Shown: positions 29,067 through 40,037, counted from the stretch's first letter. The stretch is DNA of 64,000 nucleotides from an uncultured Bacillota bacterium (GCA_946622285.1 CAMOPK010000002.1:4313-68312); one strand, 5' to 3'. Translations and numbers: made by a program. Notes: a model not told the origin generated them from the sequence alone.

Positions 29067-31721
29067 ATTTCCTACAAAGTATACACTATCAGCAAGTGAT
29101 CTTCCATAAGAACCTTCATTATAACGAATTAAATTTAATGATGACGTGCTTGGAAGCTTATACCCAAGAGTCACACTTCCTCCACCATCAATGTTAAGAG
29201 CATTAGTGCATCCTATTGATTTAAATACATTTTGCATCTCACTATAATTCATACTCTGTCCGCTTTGTGTTGTCAAAATTACATAATTATATTTATCTAT
29301 TTGACATAATCCTGTTCGTTGGGCAGATGATGTAGAATCTACGTTTTGCAAACTACTATTTTTAATTAAAACTGGTCCAAAAAAGCCATTATTCTTAACA
29401 CCATCATTTATCATATTGTTAGCTACTCCCTCACAGCAGCTACCATAAAAAGATAATACGCTATTTTTATTAATACTCCAATTGGTGTAAAAGCCATTAG
29501 GAATCCAACTCTTTTCACCTTTTCTTATAACTGTACCATCAACTATTAATATCGGTGATATTGTTGTATTCTTCCATGTTGGATTTGCTTGTACACATTC
29601 TGGATGAAATCTTTCTGTACAAATATCACTTCCATTAACTGCAATAATCGCTTTGGAAGAAAAATTGTTTTTCCTTATTTCATTTGTAATAATATCTTTT
29701 ACAGGTGCTAAAGTTCCAAGTTCTGGATGACCAATCTTAAATTGCTTATAGGCATCAGAAACCCAAATATATGAAAGAATATATTTACTACTAATACCAT
29801 TATCTACTGAATATTTTATTGTTGATCCATCATATCTAATTGATAAGTTAGAAGTTGTTGCAACAACAAAGGCTGTTGCCTTCTTTCTGCCATCACTACT
29901 TTTTGCCGTAATCGTTGCTGTTCCAGTTTTTAATGCTTTAACAGTTCCATTATCAACAGAAACAACACTTGGATTACTACTTTCCCAGATAACACTTTTG
30001 TTAGTTGCATTAGTCGGCGTTACACTTGCTACCAATTGAACAGTTGTATCAATTTTTAAATGAACTACCGATTTGTCCAAATTTATTCCACTTACTGCGA
30101 CATTTGAACCAGTATTTGATATCCAGTTAGCATAAAGTTTAACTTTACCGCCAGCAACTGATGTTAAATTACTTACTGAAGCTTTATCTGCTAAAGATGG
30201 AACAATAGATAATTTTAAATTTTTAACATGTGGAACGTTACCTGTACTATAATTTCCAAAAAATGAAAGATATGTTACATTCTGTGAACTATTCTTATTT
30301 AACCCAACTTTAAAGTCAAATGAAAAATGTTTATAACTTGTAGTAACATTATATTTTTTTGCTCCACCTACCATATAATACTTTGCTATTGATGGTTGAT
30401 AACTATAAACTTCAATCACATTATTTTTACTAGTATTAGCAGATTTCATATCAAATTCTAGATGATATGTAGTATCTGTCCCATACTTATTAAAATATGG
30501 TGCCATATCAAAATTTTGAAGATATTCATTAGTACCACTTTTTTCAAGTTCATAACTGTATAGAATTCCATTCCAACCATTAAATTTATAACCAGATTTT
30601 GTAAATGTATTGGCATTCAATGAATATTTGTTTCCATATGTCATTACTTGCGATGCCATATTTCCTGTTCCACCATTGGCATCATAAATAACAGTATATT
30701 GATTTGCTGTCCAAACAGCTGTTAATGTTAAATCACTTGTTACAGTCTTATTAAAATCATATGGTCTACCAGACAATTGCCATTCTTTAAATGTATATCC
30801 TGTTTTAGTTGGATTGTTAGGTTTATTAACATAATTTCCAGGATCTAAAACCTGACTTACAACGGCTGTTCCACCATTACTATCAAATGTTATGTTATAT
30901 CTTTTTAAATTTGTAACAATTACTTTTGTACTAACTTTTTTCCCACCAGCAGAAGCTGTTATCTTAGCTTCGCCTTCTTTGATTCCTTTTACTAAACAAC
31001 TGTTATTATCAGCTTCGACTTTTACAATAGTACTATCACTTGATTTACATGTATGCTTTCCATTTAACCCCTTTAGCATAATTCTTTCCTCAGAGCCTGT
31101 TTTAATTGTAGATGATGTTGATAAGAACGAAAAAGTGGCTGACTTTACTTTAATTTTGTAATTATATGTTTCTTCTCCTCTTGAAATTACTAATGATGTA
31201 GTCCCCACTTTTTTAGCAATAATGCTTCCATCTACATATGATGCTACATTTTCATTTTCAATTTTAAATGAATACTTTTCTAAACATATATTAGGAACCC
31301 CAAAATCCAAGTTTGATGAAATCCCAGCTTCAACTAAAATTGTTTTATTTAATGTTTTAAGTTTGTCACAGATTACTACTGTGATTTTCTTATTTATATC
31401 ATTTGTCTTTATTTCAACTTCTTCAGTTCCTGCAGCTTGAGCTATAAAAGGAACATCAAAATCATTTCCAATATACTCATTCTTTTCACTTGAAAGTAAT
31501 GAGTTTTTATAAATAATTGTTGTTTTAGAATTATTATCGCCAATAACGCTTACTTTAATTGTATTATTTTCACCAACAAAAACAGCATCTGGAGCTTTTA
31601 CATCTAATGAAATATCATTAGGTTTTTGGCCAAAGAAAATTAAATATGCTGCTATTCCTATCACTATAAAAACAATGCCAATTAAAATAAATAATAATGG
31701 TTTCTTGCCTGTTTCATTCAT
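29064..31721 (-). CDS. Large membrane-anchored surface protein: Big_2 domains, Flg_new (Listeria-Bacteroides) repeats, C-terminal phosphodiester-glycosidase-like domain
   Basis: 885 aa with an N-terminal TM helix (LLFILIGIVFIVIGIAAYLIFF). Flg_new repeats (YNITFDSNGGT...GYTFKEWQL; YTVIYDANGGTG...GYKFNGWN). Big_2 (VIWESSNPSVVSVDNGTVKALKTGTATITA). The C-terminal ALNIDGGGSVTLGY resembles the NAGPA/DUF2233 motif. Confidence 0.65.
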   Translation of the reverse strand: MNETGKKPLLFILIGIVFIVIGIAAYLIFFGQKPNDISLDVKAPDAVFVGENNTIKVSVIGDNNSKTTIIYKNSLLSSEKNEYIGNDFDVPFIAQAAGTEEVEIKTNDINKKITVVICDKLKTLNKTILVEAGISSNLDFGVPNICLEKYSFKIENENVASYVDGSIIAKKVGTTSLVISRGEETYNYKIKVKSATFSFLSTSSTIKTGSEERIMLKGLNGKHTCKSSDSTIVKVEADNNSCLVKGIKEGEAKITASAGGKKVSTKVIVTNLKRYNITFDSNGGTAVVSQVLDPGNYVNKPNNPTKTGYTFKEWQLSGRPYDFNKTVTSDLTLTAVWTANQYTVIYDANGGTGNMASQVMTYGNKYSLNANTFTKSGYKFNGWNGILYSYELEKSGTNEYLQNFDMAPYFNKYGTDTTYHLEFDMKSANTSKNNVIEVYSYQPSIAKYYMVGGAKKYNVTTSYKHFSFDFKVGLNKNSSQNVTYLSFFGNYSTGNVPHVKNLKLSIVPSLADKASVSNLTSVAGGKVKLYANWISNTGSNVAVSGINLDKSVVHLKIDTTVQLVASVTPTNATNKSVIWESSNPSVVSVDNGTVKALKTGTATITAKSSDGRKKATAFVVATTSNLSIRYDGSTIKYSVDNGISSKYILSYIWVSDAYKQFKIGHPELGTLAPVKDIITNEIRKNNFSSKAIIAVNGSDICTERFHPECVQANPTWKNTTISPILIVDGTVIRKGEKSWIPNGFYTNWSINKNSVLSFYGSCCEGVANNMINDGVKNNGFFGPVLIKNSSLQNVDSTSSAQRTGLCQIDKYNYVILTTQSGQSMNYSEMQNVFKSIGCTNALNIDGGGSVTLGYKLPSTSSLNLIRYNEGSYGRSLADSVYFVGN

Positions 31722-31780
31722 ATTTTTGCCTCATTCTTTTCTAAAATAATTCTATCACAAATGATTTGAAATTAAAAGAA

Positions 31781-32374
31781 TTAAGATACACTCTTAATTC
31801 TTTTTGATATTGAAATTCCATCCCCGTCTTCAACAAAGTAAGTTGTAAATTCTTGATTGTTTTCTAAAAATTCAACATACTCCTTGATTTTTCTAACTAA
31901 TTGACGAGTATTTCTATTCTTTATTACTTTTTCTTTAGTCAAACCGTGAAAATTGATGTTATCAGTTACAATTGTCCCATTATTATTTAAATTAAACTTA
32001 AACTTTTCAAAAAATTTAATTGATTGACTCTTTGCTGCATCTATAAAAATTAAGTCATATTTATCACTTAATTCAACATTAAATGCATCTTCAAATATAA
32101 CATCAATTTGATTTTCTAAATTGAATAATTTGATATTTTTTAAAGCTTCTTTATATCTTCCTTCATCTCTTTCAATAGTAGTTATATGAATATCTTTATC
32201 AATAAGTGCCATTCTTATTGAAGAATATCCTATAGCTGTACCTATTTCAAGAATACTTTTTATATTATTTTCTTTTATATAATTAGTTAAAAATAATATT
32301 CCATCTGGTAACATTATTGGAATATTATTTTCTTTTGCATATTGTTCAATTTTTTCTATCAATTTTCGCACCAC
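31781..32374 (-). CDS. trmR: SAM-dependent O-methyltransferase (YrrM/TrmR-like, tRNA mo5U34)
   Basis: 197 aa, class I O-MTase (ILEIGTAIGYSS; FIDAAK). Synteny mltG-yrrM-U32. Confidence 0.7.
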   Translation of the reverse strand: MVRKLIEKIEQYAKENNIPIMLPDGILFLTNYIKENNIKSILEIGTAIGYSSIRMALIDKDIHITTIERDEGRYKEALKNIKLFNLENQIDVIFEDAFNVELSDKYDLIFIDAAKSQSIKFFEKFKFNLNNNGTIVTDNINFHGLTKEKVIKNRNTRQLVRKIKEYVEFLENNQEFTTYFVEDGDGISISKRIKSVS

Positions 32375-33420
32375 ATATTAGAAGCTTTTAATTGATTTAT
32401 TGTTTTGCTATGTTCAGAAGCATCTTTGCTAAGATAAGTTTTACCATTACAATCAGCAACAAAATAATAATTGTTGTGTTCTAATGGTTCAAATACTGAT
32501 GCAAGCGACTCCATTCCTGGATTGCAAATTGGTCCAACTGGCAAACCTTTTACACAAGTACCTCTCGTATTGTATGCATTGCAAGCATCTAATTGAGCAC
32601 GAGTTAATCCCTTTGACCAATTATCCATTTTTTCAGCATAGAAAGTTGTTACATCGCTTCCTAGTGACCAACCGCTCTTAAGTCGATTATAAAATACACC
32701 TGCAACAGCAGCACGATCATTGCTTGAAGCTCCTTCAAGTTCTACAATTGATGCGAGTGTAATCAATTTATGAATTGAATAACTAGAATTTTCTATTTCT
32801 AACTTATAATTTTCTAACTTTAAACTCATTTGATCAAGCATTTTTTTGAATATCGTTTCAACTGAGTCTTCCTTTAAAAATTCATAGGTATCAGGAAATA
32901 AATAGCCTTCTAATGGATAATAGATATCTTTATTTTTAATATCATCCGTTAAAAACCAATATTCACTTATCAAACTATTAAGATATTCAACGTTCTTCTG
33001 CGCATTCATAACATCATCAACAGTATTATCTGTTTTATCAGCTATTAATGCCGCAATTTGACGCATGTTTTTTCCTTCTTTAAAAGTTATCTTGACTGTT
33101 TCAGCAGTAGACTTTGCCTCCTTTGTTAAAACATCAATTAATTCAGCTACAGTCATACTTTCACTTACATAATATTTTCCTGTCAAAAGATAATTTTTAG
33201 GTGGATTTAATTTTAAATATACTTTATAAGCAAGTTCTGATCTAATTAAATTATTAGATTTTAACTTTGTTGCTATTGATGAATATGTGTCATTTTCATT
33301 AACAACAAACTCAATTTTTTTATCATTCTTACTTACAGCCTGTAATTCTCCATTATAAATAACCCACACATTTGCTGTCATTAAAAGAAGTATTAAAATT
33401 ACTAATACAAGTTTTCTCAT
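32359..33420 (-). CDS. mltG: Endolytic murein transglycosylase MltG (YceG-like)
   Basis: 353 aa with an N-terminal TM helix and LASIVELEG...VFYNRL...LGSDVT motifs. Confidence 0.88.
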   Translation of the reverse strand: MRKLVLVILILLLMTANVWVIYNGELQAVSKNDKKIEFVVNENDTYSSIATKLKSNNLIRSELAYKVYLKLNPPKNYLLTGKYYVSESMTVAELIDVLTKEAKSTAETVKITFKEGKNMRQIAALIADKTDNTVDDVMNAQKNVEYLNSLISEYWFLTDDIKNKDIYYPLEGYLFPDTYEFLKEDSVETIFKKMLDQMSLKLENYKLEIENSSYSIHKLITLASIVELEGASSNDRAAVAGVFYNRLKSGWSLGSDVTTFYAEKMDNWSKGLTRAQLDACNAYNTRGTCVKGLPVGPICNPGMESLASVFEPLEHNNYYFVADCNGKTYLSKDASEHSKTINQLKASNMWCEN

Positions 33421-33422
33421 AA

Positions 33423-33710
33423 TTACTCTTCTGTACCATTTTTAGGTTTTAAGTTAGCTTGTAATTCATTTAAAATTGTTTCAATTACTTTCCACTCTTT
33501 TTCTGTTTCAATTGGTGATAAATTGTATTTTTCACCATTTTCTACATATGTAGATGCATATACTTTAACATTACCAGAATCATCAGTAGTGTCATCAGTA
33601 TAAACTATATACTTTTTCTTTGTTTCATCTGATTCAAAAGTAAATAGTACTTCGTATTGTACTTCTACACCCTTTTCATTAATTGCTTTAAAAGTCATTC
33701 TTTCATTCAT
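33423..33710 (-). CDS. DUF1292 protein (YrzB-like)
   Basis: 95 aa, acidic, located between ruvX and mltG as B. subtilis yrzB is. Confidence 0.7.
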   Translation of the reverse strand: MNERMTFKAINEKGVEVQYEVLFTFESDETKKKYIVYTDDTTDDSGNVKVYASTYVENGEKYNLSPIETEKEWKVIETILNELQANLKPKNGTEE

Positions 33711-34132
33711 TTTTCATTCCTCTTTCTATCTAAATATGTCTGCAAAATAATATTCGCGGCCAAACTATCAATTTTTTGTTTTCTTTTTTTTCTCGAAACG
33801 TTTGCTTCTAACATATAATTAGTAGCCTCAATAGTAGTACGTCTTTCATCTTGCATTATTACTTCTATTCCTAAGAATTCGCTTATTTTTTTACCAAATT
33901 CGGTTGCAATGGAAGCTTTTTCACCAAAGTCATTATTCATATGCTTTGGTAAACCAAGAACAATTTTATCAACTTGTTCAGCTTCAACTATTTCTTTTAG
34001 TCTTGGTAAAGCACTATCATAATCGTTTTCAGCAAATCTAATTACTTCATAAACACTTGCAATTAAACCTGTCCGATCACTTATAGATACTCCAAGTGTT
34101 TTAGTACCAAGGTCTAAACCTAAATAACGCAT
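33707..34132 (-). CDS. ruvX: Holliday junction resolvase-like / pre-16S rRNA nuclease RuvX (YqgF)
   Basis: 141 aa with MRYLGLDLGTKTLGVSISD and DERRTT motifs. Confidence 0.9.
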   Translation of the reverse strand: MRYLGLDLGTKTLGVSISDRTGLIASVYEVIRFAENDYDSALPRLKEIVEAEQVDKIVLGLPKHMNNDFGEKASIATEFGKKISEFLGIEVIMQDERRTTIEATNYMLEANVSRKKRKQKIDSLAANIILQTYLDRKRNEK

Positions 34133-34371
34133 TATTTAATATAATTTTCCACTAAAACTTCTAATATTTTAGTTCTTTCCAAACCGGTTATTTTCTTTCT
34201 TGCATCTTTATAACTTGAGATATATCCAGGATCTCCGCTCATTAAATAACCAACTATTTGATCAATTGGATCATAACCTCTAGTCTTTAAAGCTTCAACT
34301 ACTTCAGAAATAGTTTTGCCAACCATCTCATTATCAAGTTCGTTTCTTTTGTATGTTTTCGTTTCTTCCAT
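34132..34371 (-). CDS. IreB-family regulatory phosphoprotein (UPF0297, YrzL)
   Basis: 79 aa with GYDPIDQIVGYLMSGDPGYISS. Confidence 0.85.
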   Translation of the reverse strand: MEETKTYKRNELDNEMVGKTISEVVEALKTRGYDPIDQIVGYLMSGDPGYISSYKDARKKITGLERTKILEVLVENYIK

Positions 34372-34444
34372 AGTTCACCAACCTTCAAGCTATATTATAC
34401 CATTTATGAATTTATTTAACAAGCAAATGTGATATAATTTAAAT

Positions 34445-35041
34445 GTGATGTTTATGTTAATGATTGAAAAAAACAAAAAAAATGAAATTGTTATAAATAA
34501 ATCAAGATTTATCAACTTTCTTTTTATAATTGAAGAATTAAGTGATGTTGAAAAATATTTGAATGAGGTAAAAAACGAATATAGGGATGCTACCCATTAT
34601 TGTTATGCATTTATACTTGATAATACTAAAAGATTTAATGATGATAATGAACCTGGCGGTACAGCAGGAATGCCTATTTTAAATGTTCTTGAAAGCAACA
34701 GTTTAAATCATGTTTTAGCAGTTACTGTTAGATACTTTGGAGGAATTAAACTTGGTGCTGGCGGACTTGTTCGTGCTTATACTAAATCAGTAACTGAGAA
34801 TTTAAAAGATTTAAATATATTTGAATATACAGATGGTTATACTTTTGACATTTCAATTCCATATGAATTAAAAGATATAATGGAATCAAAATTAAAAGAA
34901 TATATAATAACTAAAAATTATAGTGATACAATTAATTATAGTTTATCAACAAAAAAAGAATACTTTGATAATCTAAAAGAATTATTTAATAAATATAATA
35001 TTGAAATAAAAAATTTAAAAAATACCAAAATTAAAGAGTGA
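34445..35041 (+). CDS. YigZ / IMPACT-family protein (UPF0029)
   Basis: DDNEPGGTAGMPILNVLE and VRYFGGIKLGAGGLVRAY motifs. The exact start is uncertain because there are several in-frame Met or GTG codons. Confidence 0.8.
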   Translation: MMFMLMIEKNKKNEIVINKSRFINFLFIIEELSDVEKYLNEVKNEYRDATHYCYAFILDNTKRFNDDNEPGGTAGMPILNVLESNSLNHVLAVTVRYFGGIKLGAGGLVRAYTKSVTENLKDLNIFEYTDGYTFDISIPYELKDIMESKLKEYIITKNYSDTINYSLSTKKEYFDNLKELFNKYNIEIKNLKNTKIKE

Positions 35042-35056
35042 TTTAATCACTCTTTT

Positions 35057-37270
35057 TTATTCTTCTTCAGAATCATTTTTGCTCTCAAGTTTTACTAATA
35101 CTTCACGAGGTTTAGAACCATTCTGAGGTCCTACAATTCCTCTTTCTTCAAGTAAATCAATTGCTCTAGCAGCACGATTATAACCAAGTCTAAACTTACG
35201 TTGTAAAAGTGATGCACTTGCTTTACCTTGAGTTACAACAAATTCAACAATTTCATTATATAAAGGTTCTTCAGTAGCATCTCTACTGCTTCCCCCTACC
35301 ATAGATGTTGCATGTTCCTCTTCATCTGACATTGTAATAGTATTATCATAATGAGCTTTTTGTTGTGAAATTGTGTATTTAACTACACTATTGATTTCAT
35401 CTTCAGAAATATATGTGCCTTGAATACGAAGTGGTGTATTCTCACCCATTGGCAAGAATAGCATATCACCTTTACCCAATAATTTTTCAGCTCCAACCAT
35501 ATCTAAAATAGTTCTTGAATCGATACTATTAGATACTGCAAATGAAATTCTTGATGGAATATTTGCTTTGATTAAACCTGTGATAACATCAGTACTTGGT
35601 CTTTGTGTTGCAACAATTAAGTGAATTCCTGCAGCACGAGCTAATTGTGTAATTCTTGTAATTGAATCTTCAACTTCTTTAGCTGCAACAAGCATTAAAT
35701 CTGCAAGTTCATCGATGATTACTACAATATAAGGTAACTTCTTCAACTTTTGATCTTCAAGTAAAGTTTCATTTTTCTTTTCAATCATCATGTTGTAACC
35801 AGCTATGTTTTTAACACGTGCCTCACTGAAAATATCATATCTTCTTTCCATTTCAGCAACAATTTTCTTTAAAGCAATACTTGCTTTTCTAGGTTCTGTT
35901 ACAACTGGGCATAACAAATGTGGTGCTCCATTATAAACATTAAGTTCTACTTTTTTTGGATCGACAAGAACCAATTTTACTTCGTCCGGACGTGTACGCA
36001 TCATAAGTGAAATGATGATACTATTGATACAAATAGATTTACCAGAACCAGTAGTACCAGCAACCAATATATGTGGTGCTTTATTAATTTCAAACCAAAT
36101 TGGAGTTCCCATGATATCTCGACCAAGAACTGCAAGAAGCTTACTATCTTCTTTACTTTTTGGTACTGACTCTAAAATTTCACGAACCGTAACTGTTGAA
36201 GTTTTCTTATTTGGAAGTTCAACACCTACTGTTCTCTTACCTGGAATAGGTGCTTGGATACGAACATCACGAGCTCCTAAAGCTAATGCAATTTCACGAT
36301 TTAAAGATAAAATTTTACTTACTTTTGTTCCTGCTTTAATTTCCATTTCGTATTGAGTAACAGCAGGTCCTATATTAATGGCAACTACTTTTCCTTCAAC
36401 ACCGAAGTCAGCAAATACTTGTTCTAAAATAATAACATTTTCTTTTACTTCAGCTTGATTTTCATGATTATTTTTATTCTGAGGTTTTCTTAATAAACTA
36501 ATTGGAGGATACATATATCCTGCTCCAACAATTTCAACATCAGATAAATCTTCTTCATGTTTAGCTGGAACTGATTTTTCAACTGCGCTTTGATTGTTGA
36601 TAATTTCATCAACAGAAGATACAACAATTTTGTTGTCTTCTTCATATTCATCATCAGCAGCTTCTATTTCAGCTTGATCATCTTCACGAACAGATTTTCT
36701 TGACTTTCTAATACGTGCTATTAAGACTCTAAAAACATCAATAACTGAATGTGCGGATAATTTTATAAATCCATATATTATAAGAAGCACTGCCACTGCA
36801 TAGGCACCTTCTTTAGCAATCAATTTAACAAATATACTTGCAAAAAATGCTCCGACTATACCGCCACCACTTACTTCAGTTACGCCATCTACCGTTGCAA
36901 TATAATTATTAACTGTGGTACTGATAGTATCACCTACAGTTTCACCAAGTACTACATAATTAGCATGTGCAAACATAAGAACGCCTATAAAAGCAATGTA
37001 AAGCCCAAATATACGAATTCCCAACTTTTCTGGTTTGTTTCTATGTATTAACATGTAAAGTCCAACAAATGAAACAAGTACTAAAAAAACTACAGTCCAT
37101 GCACCTGCTACATAACTTCCATATTTATATATAAATTCGCCTATTGCACCCTTTTTCCATATGCCAACTACAACGGCAACAATTAAAAGAATGCCAATAA
37201 ACTCAATTGTATAATTATTTCTAGGTTCTGATCTTTGTACTTTTCTTTTTTTTCTTTTTTTCTTTGCCAT
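35057..37270 (-). CDS. ftsK: DNA translocase FtsK/SpoIIIE
   Basis: 737 aa with N-terminal TM helices, Walker A GTTGSGKS, Walker B VVIIDELADL, and a C-terminal gamma winged helix (ASASLLQRKFRLGYNRAARAIDLLE). Confidence 0.95.
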   Translation of the reverse strand: MAKKKRKKRKVQRSEPRNNYTIEFIGILLIVAVVVGIWKKGAIGEFIYKYGSYVAGAWTVVFLVLVSFVGLYMLIHRNKPEKLGIRIFGLYIAFIGVLMFAHANYVVLGETVGDTISTTVNNYIATVDGVTEVSGGGIVGAFFASIFVKLIAKEGAYAVAVLLIIYGFIKLSAHSVIDVFRVLIARIRKSRKSVREDDQAEIEAADDEYEEDNKIVVSSVDEIINNQSAVEKSVPAKHEEDLSDVEIVGAGYMYPPISLLRKPQNKNNHENQAEVKENVIILEQVFADFGVEGKVVAINIGPAVTQYEMEIKAGTKVSKILSLNREIALALGARDVRIQAPIPGKRTVGVELPNKKTSTVTVREILESVPKSKEDSKLLAVLGRDIMGTPIWFEINKAPHILVAGTTGSGKSICINSIIISLMMRTRPDEVKLVLVDPKKVELNVYNGAPHLLCPVVTEPRKASIALKKIVAEMERRYDIFSEARVKNIAGYNMMIEKKNETLLEDQKLKKLPYIVVIIDELADLMLVAAKEVEDSITRITQLARAAGIHLIVATQRPSTDVITGLIKANIPSRISFAVSNSIDSRTILDMVGAEKLLGKGDMLFLPMGENTPLRIQGTYISEDEINSVVKYTISQQKAHYDNTITMSDEEEHATSMVGGSSRDATEEPLYNEIVEFVVTQGKASASLLQRKFRLGYNRAARAIDLLEERGIVGPQNGSKPREVLVKLESKNDSEEE

Positions 37271-37382
37271 ATCGAACCCTCCCCATTTTTAATTATAACA
37301 AATATCCAAAAAAAAACAAATAACTATCTTTAAATTTGCTTGAAATTAACTTTATATGCTATACTTTATTTCGGTGAAAAAA

Positions 37383-38069
37383 ATGTATTTAATTGAAAAA
37401 ACAATAAACAAACTTTATAGTAATGGTTATACATTTTTTCTTAACCCAAAAGATTTAAAAGATGTAACTAATCATTTAAAGAAAAATAGTTACAATATAT
37501 ATAAGCCATATGAATACTCTGAAAAAAATATTATTTATCAAAAGGAACCTAAAATAATACTATTTGAAATAAAAACTAAAACTTCTTTAAAGCATCAAGA
37601 TATTCTTGGAAGTCTTTTTAGTTTGAAAATAGATGATGGTTTATTTGGTGATATTATCATTATTAATAATAGATATTATTTCTATACATTTGATGATATG
37701 AAACCATTTTTTAAGCAAGAATTTACTAAAGTTGGTAGAAATAATATTGAATTAGAAGAAAAAGATATTGATTATTTAGATAGTTATATCCCAAATTACG
37801 AGGAACTAAAAATTATAACTTCTAGTCTAAGAATTGATAGTGTTATTGCTAAAATAATTCATACTAACCGTGATGAAATTAAATCTTTAATAAAAGATAA
37901 AAAAATCATCTATAATTATGAATTGTTAAAAGATGGATCAAAATTATTAAAACCTGGAGATACTTTTTCTATACGAAGATATGGCAAATATAAATTTGAT
38001 AGTATTATTGCTAATACTAAAAAAGATAATTTAATAATTAGCATTTTAAAATATACTGATAAAAATTAA
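37383..38069 (+). CDS. YlmH-like S4-domain RNA-binding protein
   Basis: C-terminal S4 domain (LRIDSVIAKIIHTNRDEIKSLIKDKKIIYNYELLKDGSKLLKPGD). ATG 37383 after GGTGA is preferred, because a TGCTATACT -10 element lies inside the longer ORF. Confidence 0.6.
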   Translation: MYLIEKTINKLYSNGYTFFLNPKDLKDVTNHLKKNSYNIYKPYEYSEKNIIYQKEPKIILFEIKTKTSLKHQDILGSLFSLKIDDGLFGDIIIINNRYYFYTFDDMKPFFKQEFTKVGRNNIELEEKDIDYLDSYIPNYEELKIITSSLRIDSVIAKIIHTNRDEIKSLIKDKKIIYNYELLKDGSKLLKPGDTFSIRRYGKYKFDSIIANTKKDNLIISILKYTDKN

Positions 38070-38096
38070 TATGCTATAATAGAGATGGTGAATAAA

Positions 38097-40037
38097 ATGA
38101 AGAATAACAAGGAAAGCCTAACAAAAAAAATAAAAGCTTTTTGTAGTAAATATCGAGATATTATTTATCTCGTTTTGCCTTTTGTATGTTTAGATTTCAC
38201 ATTACAGTTAATTGGAAGTGAAATTTTTTACTTTCCCCTATTCTTCTTAATGCCTGCTTTATTCACAGCAATTTGGTTATTTTTAGTATTAACTATTTGT
38301 TTAAATTTAAAAAGAAATTGGTGTATTACCATTTATTCAATTGCACTCTTTATGGCATTTGTAATATTTTTAACAAACGGAGTTTATTATTCAACAACTA
38401 ATAACTTCTTTGATTTTTCACTTCTAGGATTAGCAAGTGAAGGAAGTGCTTACTTCCTGGATGCAATTTTAAATACTAAAGTATTAATATATGTTGCAGC
38501 AATTGTATTTGGCTTCTTAGTTTATAATGCATTTAAATATTTACCAAACAATAAAAAAACTGATTTTCAAAAAATCGGAATTGGATTTATTTATTTCTTT
38601 ATAATTCATGCATGTTTACCTATATTATATGGTCCATCTAATAAAACTTTAACATGGAACACTTGGCAAAATGCTCAAAATGTTTATTTAAGATTTAACG
38701 ATAGTAACAAAAGTTTTACAATAACAGGTTTATATGAATATACATTTAGAAATTTCTACATCAATTTTGTTAAAGCACAAGAACCAGAAAATGATACTGA
38801 ATTAGATTTTTTAAATGAAGCTTATTCAAATATCGAAGCAGCACCAATTAATGCTTACACTGGTTTATTTAAAGATAACAATGTTATTTTCTTACAACTT
38901 GAAGGAATTGACAATTGGCTTTTAACTGAAGAAACAATGCCAAACTTATATGCAATGCAAGAAAACTCAATTAACTTTACTAACCACTTCTCTTTTTATA
39001 ATGGTGGTGGTTCAACATTTAATTCTGAGTTCGCTGTAAATACTGGTTTCATGACACCAATTACATATAATCGTAATGCATATACATTTAATCGTAATGA
39101 TTTTTCATATTCATTAGCAAAACTATTTAAAAATGAAAAATATGATGTTAATGCTTTCCATATGAATTCAAGAGAATACTATTCAAGAGGAATCAATTAT
39201 GAAAACTGGGGTTATGATAATTATTATGGTTTAAAAGATTTAGAATTATACCTAAGTGATAAATATCAGTTAGATACAGAATTAATTCTTAATGAAAATT
39301 TTTATAACTTAATGTTTAATCGTGATGAAGAAAGCAATAAATTTGTTCACTATTTGATCACTTATTCAAATCATATGCCATTTACTACTAAATATGGTGT
39401 ATGTAGGCAGTTATTGAATAAGGACTTAGATGAAAATAAAATTACTAAACAAGAAATGAACGATATAACTGAAGAAGGTTGTATTAGAAGACAAGCTAAA
39501 GAAACTGATGATATGATTGGATTATTATTGAAAGCGTTAGAAGACAACCATTTAGATGAAAATACAGTTTTAGTTATATTTACTGATCATTACTTATATA
39601 CAGTAAGTGATGAAGAAATACTTGCACAATATAAAGAAACATCAAATAATTTAATTAATCATACACCATTCTTGATTTATAAGAAAAATCTAAAGCGTGT
39701 TAATGTAACAGATGTTACATCACAACTTGATATTTTACCAACTATCCTTAATTTGTTTGGTATTAATTATGTTAAAGATTATTACATGGGAAATGATGCT
39801 TTAGATGGTAAATATACTGGCCTCGTGTTCTTCAATGATTATTCTTGGTATGATGGAACTTGCTATGTAGATAATGGTGAAGTTAAGAATAAATGCGATT
39901 TAGATAAAGAAACATTAGAAACTAAAAATAATTTAGTTGATAATTTGATTAAGAAAAATGATTTTACTTTAAAATATGATTATTTTAAAAAAATGAAAGA
40001 GCAACTCAATATTGTAGAAGAAAAGGACAATTATTAA
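38097..40037 (+). CDS. LtaS-family (sulfatase-fold) polyglycerolphosphate/lipoteichoic acid synthase-like membrane protein
   Basis: N-terminal multi-TM region plus an extracellular sulfatase domain (IFLQLEGIDNW; FTDHY). The start is after the TGCTATAAT -10 and GGTGA. Confidence 0.75.
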   Translation: MKNNKESLTKKIKAFCSKYRDIIYLVLPFVCLDFTLQLIGSEIFYFPLFFLMPALFTAIWLFLVLTICLNLKRNWCITIYSIALFMAFVIFLTNGVYYSTTNNFFDFSLLGLASEGSAYFLDAILNTKVLIYVAAIVFGFLVYNAFKYLPNNKKTDFQKIGIGFIYFFIIHACLPILYGPSNKTLTWNTWQNAQNVYLRFNDSNKSFTITGLYEYTFRNFYINFVKAQEPENDTELDFLNEAYSNIEAAPINAYTGLFKDNNVIFLQLEGIDNWLLTEETMPNLYAMQENSINFTNHFSFYNGGGSTFNSEFAVNTGFMTPITYNRNAYTFNRNDFSYSLAKLFKNEKYDVNAFHMNSREYYSRGINYENWGYDNYYGLKDLELYLSDKYQLDTELILNENFYNLMFNRDEESNKFVHYLITYSNHMPFTTKYGVCRQLLNKDLDENKITKQEMNDITEEGCIRRQAKETDDMIGLLLKALEDNHLDENTVLVIFTDHYLYTVSDEEILAQYKETSNNLINHTPFLIYKKNLKRVNVTDVTSQLDILPTILNLFGINYVKDYYMGNDALDGKYTGLVFFNDYSWYDGTCYVDNGEVKNKCDLDKETLETKNNLVDNLIKKNDFTLKYDYFKKMKEQLNIVEEKDNY

